Assembly: GCA_027021705.1 (NCBI GenBank)
Contig: JALUTT010000020.1
Coordinates: 591 to 64,590, forward strand
DNA: 64,000 bases
Origin: Anaerolineae bacterium
Lineage (GTDB): Bacteria > Chloroflexota > Anaerolineae > S140-20
Direction: 5' to 3'
This document shows positions 53,609-62,462 of the stretch, in pieces. Every line of letters starts with the position of its first letter. Position 1 is the stretch's first letter. Both the position numbers and the translations under genes were made by a program. The notes under the pieces were generated by a model that ran no database searches, was not told the DNA's origin, and worked only from the letters and a program-made list of their open reading frames with translations.

Positions 53609-53610
53609 AC

Positions 53611-53700
53611 CGGTTCTCCGTCCTCAGTGCCTCGGCGTCTCGGTCCTCATTGTCTCGGCCCTCGGTCTTTGCCTCCTGCCCCCTACCCCTTGCCCCCTGC
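53611..53700. repeat. Degenerate 7-8-mer repeats (CGGTCCT-like, TGCCCCC-like)
   Basis: Read directly upstream of tnpB. Confidence 0.7.
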
Positions 53701-54441
53701 CTTCCTCCGGGCCGTGCCGGGGTGGGTTTCGGTGAGGATGGCGGCCAGGATCTCGTCGGGGGGGGCGGTCAGCTCCCAGCCCAGGGAGGGTTTGGCGGGG
53801 TCTCGCCAGCGGGCCCACCCCAGGCGGAGGAGGACATCGCGGAAGCGGAGGTAGCGCTCCCGGCTCAGGTGGCGCTGCCAGAGGGCCCAGGCGGTGCCGA
53901 CGGCGGCGCAGCGGCGGACGAAGGTGCGGAAGTCGTCGGCCAGGCCGGGGCGGGGGGTGGGGAGGTCGTCGGAGCGGGCGCCGACCTGGTGGGCGGGGCG
54001 GGCGCCGACGAGGACGATCCGCTCGGCGGGGGGGCCGGCGGGAGGGGGCTTCTCTCCCGCCGCTTCGGGGCCGTTGGTTTCGAGGGACCACTCTTCAACG
54101 GCGCGGAGGAGGCGGGCGTGGTCGTGGATGCGCCACCAGAGGAGGGCGGTCCAGGCGGGGGGGGCGACGAGGCGGGCGACGGGGCCTGGGGAGAGGCCGG
54201 CCAGGGGGGCGAGGGAGGCGGCGGTGGCGGTGAGGCCGACGGCGAGGAGGGTGGCCTGGAGGAAGGGGACGGCGACGTGGGCGGCGAGGGAGGGGATGGC
54301 GACGGGGTGTTCGGCGTAGTGGTCGGCCTCGGTCGGTTCCTGGGGGTGGGGGGGCAGGGGGGGGCCGCCCCCGGCCCGGAAGGTGCGGGCGAGGCGGGGG
54401 CGGGCCGGCCCCTGGTAGCGGTAGTAGCGGTAGGTGTACAT
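53683..54441 (-). CDS. Hypothetical membrane protein (2 TM, Pro-rich linker, C-terminal wHTH-like domain)
   Basis: VAVPFLQATLLAVGL; ERYLRFRDVLLRLGWARW..GWELT; co-directional with tnpB. Confidence 0.6.
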   Translation of the reverse strand: MYTYRYYRYQGPARPRLARTFRAGGGPPLPPHPQEPTEADHYAEHPVAIPSLAAHVAVPFLQATLLAVGLTATAASLAPLAGLSPGPVARLVAPPAWTALLWWRIHDHARLLRAVEEWSLETNGPEAAGEKPPPAGPPAERIVLVGARPAHQVGARSDDLPTPRPGLADDFRTFVRRCAAVGTAWALWQRHLSRERYLRFRDVLLRLGWARWRDPAKPSLGWELTAPPDEILAAILTETHPGTARRKAGGKG

Positions 54442-54560
54442 CTCAGTCCTCAGTCTTCGGTCCTCAGTCCTCAGTCCTCGGTCCTCGGTCCTCCGTTCTT
54501 GGTCCTCGGTCCGCCGCCGGGCCGCCGGCCGCTAAGCCGCTCGGTCGGCGGTCGGTTGCC
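54442..54560. repeat. Heptamer repeats (GTCCTCA/GTCCTCG, GCGGTCG)
   Basis: Read directly; a closely similar block recurs at 54815-54910. Confidence 0.85.
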
Positions 54561-54777
54561 GGCAGAGCCGGGCGGCCTCTTGGTAGAAGCGGCGGAAGTC
54601 GTCGGGAGTGGTGGCGTCGCTGAGGGTGCCGACGAGGGGGATGCCGCCGGGGAGGCGGGGGCCCTCCTCGCCGGCCCGGTCGAGGCCGAGGCCCAGGAAG
54701 CGCTCCAGGCGGGCCAGGAGCCGGTCGCCGGCCTCGGTCTCGAAGAGAAACCAGGTGATGGGGTTGGTGAAGGACAT
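54532..54777 (-). CDS. Small hypothetical protein (81 aa)
   Basis: MSFTNPITWFLFETEAGDRLLARLERFLGL...; strong GGAGGAG RBS. Confidence 0.65.
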   Translation of the reverse strand: MSFTNPITWFLFETEAGDRLLARLERFLGLGLDRAGEEGPRLPGGIPLVGTLSDATTPDDFRRFYQEAARLCRQPTADRAA

Positions 54778-54794
54778 CGTGCTGCTCCTCCCTT

Positions 54795-55052
54795 TCCGTC
54801 CACGGTCCGTAGTCCGCAGTCCTCGGTCCTCAGTCCTTGGTCCTCAGTCCTTGGTCCTCGGTCCGCCGCCGGGCCGCCGGCCGCCAGGCCGCTCGGTCGG
54901 CGGTCGGCGGCCGTCCGTCGGCGGTCGGCCGTCGGTCGTCGGCGGTCGGTTGGAAAACGGCACCGCCGGTCCCGGTGGGGGCACGGGGCCGGCGGTGGAG
55001 TCGGGGGCCCTCTGTCGGCGGTCCGCCGTCGGTCGTCGGCGGTCGGCGGTCG
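54795..55052. repeat. Heptamer repeats flanking a hairpin
   Basis: GTCCTCA/GTCCTTG and GCGGTCG/GTCGGCG runs. Confidence 0.8.
54953..54997 (-). terminator. Putative intrinsic terminator/attenuator in the leader of the 54777-tnpB unit
   Basis: Minus strand caccgccggccccg-loop-cgggaccggcggtg-ccgttttcc. Confidence 0.55.
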
Positions 55053-55055
55053 GGT

Positions 55056-55170
55056 TTGACAGGAGGCCCATCCGCTGGTATACTGATACCAGCCTGCCGC
55101 CGGTGGCGATGGCACCGGGGGTGGGTTAGGGCGGCGTCGGTGGTGCGACACCGGCGTCGCCCGCTTTCTA
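55056..55170 (+). ncRNA. Putative ~80-nt small RNA A with its own promoter and terminator hairpin
   Basis: TTGACA(55056)-17 bp-TATACT(55079); 5' AGCCTGCCGCCGGTGG; 14-bp stem 55129-55162 with two G.U pairs valid only on the + strand, then gctttct. Confidence 0.6.
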
Positions 55171-55534
55171 TTCGGTTGTCATCGTCCTCGGTCCGCAGTT
55201 CTCGGTCCTCGATCCTCCGTCCGTCTTAATCCGTGGCCCCTCCTTTTTGCCGGCGGCAGTCGGGTCGAAGGGGCCAGGTGACCCCCGCGCCGGCGGCTGC
55301 CCCCTAGCGTCGCGCTCGTCGGCCCCGGCCCCTGAGGAGCGCGAAGGGCGGCCCCCCGCCGGTGGCGTGCCGGGAGCCGCCCTTTCGGAGACGAAACGAA
55401 GAGGGCGGCCCCCACCACCGGGGACCGCCCCTTGTTGGCCTTGGCCGAAAAGATTCCCACTTTCCCCCTCGCCCCCGCCGGGCCGGGCGTCGGTCGGGCC
55501 GCCTCCGGCCCGGGTGGGCGACGACGGGGGGGCG

Positions 55535-55627
55535 TGGTATAATCCTCTCAGCCCCTGCCGCCGGTGGGTGCGGTGGCGGGGGTCAGCGGCCGTCGGGAGT
55601 CTCCCCCTCCCGGCGGTCGCGCCATTT
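55535..55627 (+). ncRNA. Putative ~80-nt small RNA B, paralog of A
   Basis: TGG-TATAAT(55538); 5' AGCCCCTGCCGCCGGTGG; GGTCAG then a 14-bp stem 55586-55620 with two G.U pairs, then gccattt. Confidence 0.55.
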
Positions 55628-55634
55628 GGGGGCC

Positions 55635-55663
55635 ATTATCGCACAACCGTTTCAGTTCGTCAA
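55635..55663 (-). promoter_or_regulatory. Putative sigma70 promoter driving the long leader and the 54777/54441/tnpB genes
   Basis: Minus strand TTGACG-17 bp-GATAAT with TG extension. Confidence 0.6.
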
Positions 55664-55735
55664 GGGGGTTTTCATCCCTCCCCGACCAACCGACCAACCG
55701 GCCAATGCAACATTCAGACCGGGGTCTGGGAGGTC

Positions 55736-57940
55736 TCACTCTTCTGCCAGGCGAAGGCTCAGCCCCGAGTGGCGCTCGGCGACCTTGTTGTTGCGCACGG
55801 CGATGCGCAGGGCTTTCCAGCTCCCCACCAGCACCACCAGCTTCTTCGCCCGCGTCACCGCCGTGTAGAGCAGGTTCCGCTGCAACATCAGGTAGTGCTG
55901 GGTCAGCACCGGCATCACCACCACCGGGTACTCGCTCCCCTGGCTGCGATGGACGGAGATGGCGTAGGCGTGGGTCAGCTCATCGGCCTCCCCCCAGTCG
56001 TAGACCACCCGCCGCTCGTCCATCTGGACGGTGATCGTCTGGTTCACGCCGTCTATGGCCACGATCCGCCCGATGTCGCCGTTGAAGACCTCTTTATCAT
56101 AGTCGTTCCGCACCTGCATCACCCGGTCCCCCACCCGGAAGACCCGTCCGCCCAGCCGGCGCTCCGTCCGGGCCAGGGAGGGCGGGTTGAGGGCCTCCTG
56201 CAAGCGGGCGTTCAGGCTGGCGACGCCGCAGGCCCCCCGGTACATCGGGGCCAGGACCTGGATCTCGGTCAGCGGGTCGTAGCCGAACTTGCGGGGGATG
56301 CGCCGCTGCACCAGGTCCACGATGAGGGCCGCTGCCTCCTCTGGGTCCTCCTGGGTGAACAGGAAGAAGTCCTCCCCCTGGTTGACGATGGGCATCTCCC
56401 CTCGGTTGATGCGATGGGCGTTGACGACGATGAAGCTGTCAACCGCCTGGCGGAAGATTTGGGTCAGGTGGACGACGGCCACCCGCCCCGAGGCGATGAT
56501 GTCCCGCAGGACATCGCCGGCCCCCACGCTGGGCAACTGGTCCACGTCACCCACCAAGAGCAGGTGGGCCGCCGGGTCCAGCGCTTTCAGCAGGTGGTTG
56601 GTCAGCAGGAGGTCCAACATGCTCGCCTCGTCCACGATGAGCATGTCCACGGGCAGCGGCCTCTCCTCGTTGAACTGAAAGCCCTCGGTGGGGCGGTAGC
56701 CCAGCAGCCGGTGGACGGTCTTCGCCGGCCGCCCCGTCGCCTCGGCGAGCCGCTTGGCAGCCCGGCCCGTGGGGGCGCAGAGGGCGTAGCGGTAGCCGAA
56801 GGTCTCCAGTGCCCCGATGACCGCCTGCACCGTGACCGTCTTCCCGGTGCCCGGTCCGCCGGTCAGGACGGTGACCTTGTGGGTGAGGGCGGTGCGGACG
56901 GCCCGGCGCTGCTCCTCAGAGAGGCGCACGGGGCTTCTGGCCTCCAGCCGGGCCAGAAGCCCCGCCCAGTCCACGGTGCGGAAGCGGGCCAGCCGGTCGG
57001 TCGGCCCCTCCACCATCGCCCGCAGCCGGTTGCTGACCCCCACCTCGCCGTAGTAGAAGGGGGCCAGGTAGACGGCCCGCTCCTCCCGCAGGGAGGTGGC
57101 CCTACCTTGCCGCTCCTCGGCGGTGGGATAGGCCAGTGTCTCCCGCTTCACCTGCTCCTCGGCGTCCAGATCGGCCAGGGCCTGGGCGACGGCCTCCGGG
57201 GCGACCTCCAGCAGCTCTGCGGCCGTGGTGATCAACGTCTCTTCGGGGACGTAGACGTGCCCCTGGTCGGCCATCTGGCTGAGGGCGTAAGCGATGCCGG
57301 CCTGGAGGCGGGAGGGGGCATCGAGGGGGATGCCCAGGTGGCGGGCGATCTTGTCGGCCGTCTTGAAGCCGATCCCCCACACATCCCGCGCCAGGCGGTA
57401 GGGGTCCTGCTGCACCACGGCGATGGCCTCGTCGCCGTAGGTCTTGTAGATGCGGACGGCCAGGTTGGTGCTGACGCCATGGCTCTGGAGGAAGAGCATC
57501 ACGTCCTTGATGGCCTTCTGCTCCTCCCAGGCCCGAGCGATAGCGGCGGCCCGCTTGGGACCGACGCCCAGCACTTCCCGCAGCCGGTGGGGTTCCTCAT
57601 CCAGGATCCGCAGCGTCTCCAGGCCGAAGCGCTTGACGATGCGGCTGGCCGTCACCGGCCCCACGCCCTTGACGAGGCCGGAGCCCAGGTAGCGGCGGAT
57701 GCCCTCGACGGTGGCGGGGAGGAGTTGCTGACACCGTTCCGCCTTGAACTGACGCCCGTAGCGCGGGTGGGTGATCCAGACCCCCTCCAGGCGCAGGCGT
57801 TCGCCGGGGGTAACCTGGGGGAGCTCCCCCACTACCGTGACCAACTCCCGCTGCCCGGGGACGTGGAGCCGGAGCACGGTGTAGCCGTTCTCTTCGTTGT
57901 AGTAGGTGATCCGTTCGACGGAGCCTTCGATCTGCTCCAC
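55736..57940 (-). CDS. recD2: ATP-dependent RecD-like (RecD2) helicase
   Basis: GSVERITY, YLGSGLVKGVG, WGIGFKTAD, TGGPGTGKT, IVDEASM, VGDVDQLPSVG, AISVHRSQGSEY, YTAVTRAK. Start set at GTG 57940. Confidence 0.93.
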   Translation of the reverse strand: MEQIEGSVERITYYNEENGYTVLRLHVPGQRELVTVVGELPQVTPGERLRLEGVWITHPRYGRQFKAERCQQLLPATVEGIRRYLGSGLVKGVGPVTASRIVKRFGLETLRILDEEPHRLREVLGVGPKRAAAIARAWEEQKAIKDVMLFLQSHGVSTNLAVRIYKTYGDEAIAVVQQDPYRLARDVWGIGFKTADKIARHLGIPLDAPSRLQAGIAYALSQMADQGHVYVPEETLITTAAELLEVAPEAVAQALADLDAEEQVKRETLAYPTAEERQGRATSLREERAVYLAPFYYGEVGVSNRLRAMVEGPTDRLARFRTVDWAGLLARLEARSPVRLSEEQRRAVRTALTHKVTVLTGGPGTGKTVTVQAVIGALETFGYRYALCAPTGRAAKRLAEATGRPAKTVHRLLGYRPTEGFQFNEERPLPVDMLIVDEASMLDLLLTNHLLKALDPAAHLLLVGDVDQLPSVGAGDVLRDIIASGRVAVVHLTQIFRQAVDSFIVVNAHRINRGEMPIVNQGEDFFLFTQEDPEEAAALIVDLVQRRIPRKFGYDPLTEIQVLAPMYRGACGVASLNARLQEALNPPSLARTERRLGGRVFRVGDRVMQVRNDYDKEVFNGDIGRIVAIDGVNQTITVQMDERRVVYDWGEADELTHAYAISVHRSQGSEYPVVVMPVLTQHYLMLQRNLLYTAVTRAKKLVVLVGSWKALRIAVRNNKVAERHSGLSLRLAEE

Positions 57941-57957
57941 GGTGCCATCCGTTGAGG

Positions 57958-58381
57958 GTCGCCCTCCCGCAGGCCACGCGGTGCCCGGCGACCGCCATCG
58001 CTCATCGGAGGCTGCCCACGGCGTGCTTCTGGCCGTGGGGAGGACCTGCGGGAGGGTCCTCGCAGTCGCCCTCCCGCAGGCCACGCGGTGCCCGGCGACC
58101 GCCATCGCTCATCGGAGGCTGCCCACGGCGTGCTTCTGGCCGTGGGGAGGACCTGCGGGAGGGTCCTCGCAGTCACCCTCCCGCAGGCCACGCGGTGCCC
58201 GGCGACCGCCATCGCTCATTGGAGGCTGCCCACGGCGTGCTTCTGGCCGTGGGGAGGACCTGCGGGAGGGTCCTCGCAGTCGCCCTCCCGCAGGCCACGC
58301 GGTGCCCGGCGACGGCGATGGCGCATCGGAGGCTGCCTATGACGCGCTTCAGGCCGTAGGGGAGACCTGCGGGAAGGTCTC
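57958..58381. repeat. Four tandem 107-bp units, each bounded by CCCTCCCGCAGG...CCTGCGGGAGGG inverted ends
   Basis: Unit starts at 57958, 58065, 58172, 58279; units 1-3 near-identical, unit 4 diverged. Confidence 0.92.
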
Positions 58382-58444
58382 GGAAATGAGTCAGGTAGCT
58401 CAGTTTCCAGAGCCAGTATACAACGGGCCGGCCCCTCCGTCAAA

Positions 58445-58549
58445 CCCCTCCCGCAGGTCACCGGTCGAGGGCGCTTTCAGCCCCGATGGGCTATTGGAAG
58501 CACGGTTTCGCGTCGGAAACGCGCCTAACCTGCGGGAGGGTGAACGGTT
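58445..58549 (-). repeat. REPIN/MITE-like dispersed element, copy 4 (inverted)
   Basis: Core matches 18842-18945. Confidence 0.9.
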
Positions 58550-58608
58550 GGTCAAACGTCCGTTTTCCCTGCGCCCATTGTAGTTTTGCTCAAAATGTGC
58601 TATCATCC

Positions 58609-58650
58609 CCACGCAACACGTAACACGCAACACGCAACACGCAACACGCG
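58609..58650. repeat. Heptamer repeat (ACGCAAC)x5
   Basis: acgcaac acgtaac acgcaac acgcaac acgcaac, just upstream of the coaBC start. Confidence 0.88.
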
Positions 58651-58660
58651 AGATGACACT

Positions 58661-59896
58661 ATGAGCCCCGAACCCATCACCCTTCTGCGCGACCGACGGA
58701 TCATCCTGGGCGTCTGTGGGGGCATCGCCGCCTACAAGGTGGCCGACCTGGCCAGCAAGCTGACCCAGGCCGGCGCTCGGGTGGAGGCGATCCTCACCGA
58801 AGCGGCCACCCGCTTTATCACGCCCCTCACCTTCTCCGCCCTCACCGGTCAGCCCGCCTACACCGACGCCGACCTCTGGCGTCACGACCGCCCCCTCCTT
58901 CACATCCGGCTCTCCACCGAGGCCCACCTGCTGGTGATCGCCCCCGCTACGGCCGACACCCTGGCCCGGCTGGCCCACGGTCGGGCCGACAACCTGCTGA
59001 CGTTGACCGCCCTCGCCTTCCGAGGTCCCCTGCTGGTGGCTCCGGCGATGGACGTGGCGATGTGGGAGCACCCGGCCACCCAGGCCAACGTAGCCCTCCT
59101 CAAGGAGCGAGGACTCACCTTCGCCGGCCCCGCCTACGGACGGATGGCCTCGGGGTTGGTCGGTCAGGGCCGGCTGCTGGAGGCCACGGAGCTCCTGGGC
59201 CACATCCGCTACCAGATGGGACGGGACGGTCCCCTCTCCAACCGTCACGTCGTCGTCACCGCCGGCCCCACCCGCGAGCACCTGGACCCGATCCGCTTCA
59301 TCAGCAACCCTTCCTCCGGACGGCAGGGCTTCGCCCTGGCCCAGGCAGCTCTCGATCTGGGCGCTCAAGTGACGCTGATCACCGGCCCCGTCACCCTCCC
59401 CACCCCCATTGGCGCAGAGCGGGTGGACGTGACGACGGCCCAGGAGATGCTGGAGGCGGTGCTGGCGGTCGCCCCTCAGGCCGACGCTCTGCTGATGGCC
59501 GCCGCTGTGGCCGACTTCCGCCCCACCGTCCAGGCCACCCGGAAGATCAAGAAGGCTGGTGATGAGACGCTCTCCCTTCCCCTGGAGCGCACGCCCGACA
59601 TCCTGCAGGCGGTGGCCGAGCAGCGGATGGTGACGGGGCGTCCCCAGATCGTCGTCGGATTCGCCGCCGAGACGGAGGAGGTGGTGGACCGGGCGCGGGA
59701 GAAGCTGGAACGGAAGCGGCTGGACCTCATCGCCGCCAACGACGTCAGCGCCCCCGACGCCGGCTTCGCCGTGGAGACCAACCGGGTCATCCTAGTGGAC
59801 CGCAACCAGGGCGTCCAGACGCTGCCCCTTCTCAGCAAGGGCCAGGTGGCCGAGATCATCCTGGGGCGGGTGGTGGAGATGTTGCGGGAAGGGTAG
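58661..59896 (+). CDS. coaBC: Bifunctional PPC decarboxylase / PPC synthetase
   Basis: [59 protein letters not shown]. Confidence 0.95.
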   Translation: MSPEPITLLRDRRIILGVCGGIAAYKVADLASKLTQAGARVEAILTEAATRFITPLTFSALTGQPAYTDADLWRHDRPLLHIRLSTEAHLLVIAPATADTLARLAHGRADNLLTLTALAFRGPLLVAPAMDVAMWEHPATQANVALLKERGLTFAGPAYGRMASGLVGQGRLLEATELLGHIRYQMGRDGPLSNRHVVVTAGPTREHLDPIRFISNPSSGRQGFALAQAALDLGAQVTLITGPVTLPTPIGAERVDVTTAQEMLEAVLAVAPQADALLMAAAVADFRPTVQATRKIKKAGDETLSLPLERTPDILQAVAEQRMVTGRPQIVVGFAAETEEVVDRAREKLERKRLDLIAANDVSAPDAGFAVETNRVILVDRNQGVQTLPLLSKGQVAEIILGRVVEMLREG

Positions 59897-62452
59897 ATGG
59901 CGGACGAGGCGGTCAGCCGGCTCCTGGCAGCGCTGCGGGCCGATCCCCGCTTTATGCGCAACGTGACGGCCTGGAAGCGGTTGCCGGCCCGTCCTGCCCG
60001 CACGGCCCCCTGGCCCTCGGCCCTGGACCGTCGGTTGGTGGCCGCCCTCCAGGCCCAGGGGATCGAGGCCCTCTACACCCACCAGGCCCAGGCGGTGGAA
60101 GCCGCCCTGGAGGGGGAGCACGTCATCATCGTCACCGGCACGGCCTCGGGCAAGACCCTCTGCTACAACCTGCCGGTGCTCCAGGCCCTCCTGAACGACC
60201 CCACGGCCCGTGCCCTCTACCTCTTCCCCACCAAGGCGCTGGCTCAGGACCAGGTGGTGGCCCTGGAGCGGCTGACCCGCCACCTGGGGGCCGAGTTGCC
60301 CGCCCTCACCTACGACGGCGACACGCCTCGCTCCCGGCGGGCCGCCATCCGCCGCCGAGCCCGCATCCTCGTCACCAACCCCGACATGCTCCACGTGGGC
60401 ATCCTGCCCCACCACACCCGCTGGGCCGGCTTCTTCGGCGGGCTGCGCTACGTCGTCCTGGACGAGGTCCATACCTATCGGGGCGTCTTCGGCAGCCACG
60501 TGGCCAACCTGCTCCGCCGCCTGCGCCGCATCGCCGCCTTCTACGGCAGCGCCCCCCGCTTCCTCCTCACCTCGGCGACCATCGCCAACCCCCAAGACCT
60601 GGCCGAGCGGCTGGTCGAGGCCCCGGTGACGCTGGTGGACGAGGACGGCTCGCCCCAGGGCGAGAAGGCGTTCATCTTCTACAACCCGCCCCTGGTGGAC
60701 CGGGCGACGGGGATGCGCCGCAGCCTTCTTCTGGAGGCGCGGGAGATCGCCCTTCGCTTCCTCCAGGCCGACCTCCAGACGGTCCTCTTCGCCCGCGCCC
60801 GGCTCAGCGTCGAGGTCCTGTTGGGCTACCTGCGGGACGGCCTGGTCGCGGCGGGCGGCCAGGCGGAGCGGGTACGGGGTTACCGGGGGGGCTACCTGCC
60901 GGCGGAGCGCCGGGCCATCGAGCGGGGGCTGCGGGAGGGAACGGTGCGGGGTGTGGTCGCCACCAACGCCCTGGAGCTGGGGGTGGACATCGGGGAGCTG
61001 AGCGCCGCCCTCCTGGTCGGCTATCCGGGCACCATCGCCAGCACCTGGCAGCAGGCGGGGCGGGCCGGGCGGCGGGCGGGGCGCTCCGTCGCCGTCCTCA
61101 TCGCCGGCCCCTCCGCCCTGGACCAGTACCTGATCACCCACCCCGACTACTTCTTCGGACGCTCCCCGGAGCACGCCCTGATCCAGCCCGACAACCTGGT
61201 GATCCTGGTCAACCACCTGCGCTGTGCGGCCTTCGAACTCCCCTTCGAGGCCGGCGAGCCCTTCGGAGGGGTAGGGGAGGTGGACCGGCTCCTGCACCTC
61301 CTGGCCGAGGAGGGGGAAGCCTTCCACGCCAGCGGTGGGGTCGTCCGCTGGGTGGGCGAGGGCTACCCGGCGGCCCAGGTCTCGCTGCGGGCCGGGAGCG
61401 CCGACCCGGTGCTGATCATTGACCTGACCGACGGGCGGGGGCAGGTCATCGGCCAGGTGGACCGGCCCAGCGCCCCCCTCCTGGTCCACGAAGGGGCCGT
61501 CTACCTGCACGAGGGCAACGCCTACCTGGTGGAACGGCTGGACTGGGAGGCGGGGCAGGCGTTCGTCCGGGAGGCCGGCGTGGACTACTACACCGAGGCC
61601 AGTGCCGCCACGACGGTTCAGGTGCTGGAGGTGCACGAGACCCAGGAGACGGCGTGGACGGGGCAGGCCCATGGCGTGGTCCGGGTCGTCACCGAACCCC
61701 TGGGCTACCGGCAGGTGAAGCGCTACAGCCACGAGACGCTGGGGTGGCACGACATCCTGTTGCCGCCCCAGGAGATGACGACGACGGCCTTCTGGCTCTG
61801 GCTGACCCCGGCGGCCGTCCGGCGGCTGGAGCGGGAGGGGGTGCTGCTGCCGCCCCTGGACTACGGCCCCAACTGGGCGGAGCAGCGGGAGAGGGCGCGG
61901 GCGCGGGACGGCTATCGCTGTCGGCGTTGTGGGGCCCCCGAGCCGCCCGACCGGCAGCACCACGTCCACCACATCCGGCCCTTTCGGGAGTTCGGCTACG
62001 TGCCGGGGGAGAACGAGGCCTATCGGGAGGCGAACGCGCTGGAGAACCTGATCACCCTCTGCCCCCGCTGTCACCGCCGGGCCGAGGTGATCCAGCGCCG
62101 GCGGGGGGCGTTGAGCGGGCTGGCCCATGCGCTGCACCAGATGGCCCCCCTGCACCTGATGTGTGATCCTCGGGACCTGACGGTGGTCGTGGAGGCCCGC
62201 TCCGGTCAGACGGGCCTGCCGACGATCACCCTCTACGAGCGGGTGCCCGGCGGGATCGGGCTGAGCGCCGGGCTCTACGAGATGGCGGAGATGTTGCTGA
62301 GGGCGGCCTACGACCTGGTCCGCCGCTGCCCCTGTGCCGAGGGCTGCCCGGCCTGCGTCGGCCCGACGGGGGAGCTGGCCTCGAGGGCCAAGGTCCACAC
62401 GCGCCGTCTGTTAGAGATGCTGTGCTCCGTTGCGGACCCCACTTTGGTATAA
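59897..62452 (+). CDS. DEAD/DEAH helicase with DUF1998 Zn domain (MrfA/YprA/Hrq1 family) and an inserted HNH nuclease domain
   Basis: GTASGKT, PTKALAQDQ, DEVH, SATIAN, ATNALELGVD, QQAGRAGR; HNH RDGYRCRRCG..HVHHIRP..NLITLCPRCH; MCD..GGIG..CPCAEGCPAC. Confidence 0.92.
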   Translation: MADEAVSRLLAALRADPRFMRNVTAWKRLPARPARTAPWPSALDRRLVAALQAQGIEALYTHQAQAVEAALEGEHVIIVTGTASGKTLCYNLPVLQALLNDPTARALYLFPTKALAQDQVVALERLTRHLGAELPALTYDGDTPRSRRAAIRRRARILVTNPDMLHVGILPHHTRWAGFFGGLRYVVLDEVHTYRGVFGSHVANLLRRLRRIAAFYGSAPRFLLTSATIANPQDLAERLVEAPVTLVDEDGSPQGEKAFIFYNPPLVDRATGMRRSLLLEAREIALRFLQADLQTVLFARARLSVEVLLGYLRDGLVAAGGQAERVRGYRGGYLPAERRAIERGLREGTVRGVVATNALELGVDIGELSAALLVGYPGTIASTWQQAGRAGRRAGRSVAVLIAGPSALDQYLITHPDYFFGRSPEHALIQPDNLVILVNHLRCAAFELPFEAGEPFGGVGEVDRLLHLLAEEGEAFHASGGVVRWVGEGYPAAQVSLRAGSADPVLIIDLTDGRGQVIGQVDRPSAPLLVHEGAVYLHEGNAYLVERLDWEAGQAFVREAGVDYYTEASAATTVQVLEVHETQETAWTGQAHGVVRVVTEPLGYRQVKRYSHETLGWHDILLPPQEMTTTAFWLWLTPAAVRRLEREGVLLPPLDYGPNWAEQRERARARDGYRCRRCGAPEPPDRQHHVHHIRPFREFGYVPGENEAYREANALENLITLCPRCHRRAEVIQRRRGALSGLAHALHQMAPLHLMCDPRDLTVVVEARSGQTGLPTITLYERVPGGIGLSAGLYEMAEMLLRAAYDLVRRCPCAEGCPACVGPTGELASRAKVHTRRLLEMLCSVADPTLV

Positions 62453-62462
62453 GGTGAGAGCG

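Noticed and set aside
55179-55460. 93-aa leader ORF upstream of the tnpB unit
   Set aside because: It runs through hairpins and heptamer repeats with low-complexity sequence. It cannot be excluded as a regulatory leader peptide, but there is no support for calling it a gene.
55247-57955. 902-aa + strand ORF and similar long ORFs (e.g. 4724-6472, 35998-38178, 59792-62398)
   Set aside because: Antisense shadows of real genes caused by high-GC codon bias; no motifs.
57958-58381. CRISPR array
   Set aside because: The interiors are near-identical rather than unique spacers, the 107-bp period is too long, and no cas genes are present.
57941-58660. N-terminal extensions of RecD2 and CoaBC and small ORFs in this gap (also 18804-18857, 27780-27881)
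   Set aside because: They translate repeat DNA; family homology begins at the downstream starts.
61859-62086. Second intein (HNH-type) in the helicase
   Set aside because: No Cys/Ser-start block A and no His-Asn block G around the HNH domain.
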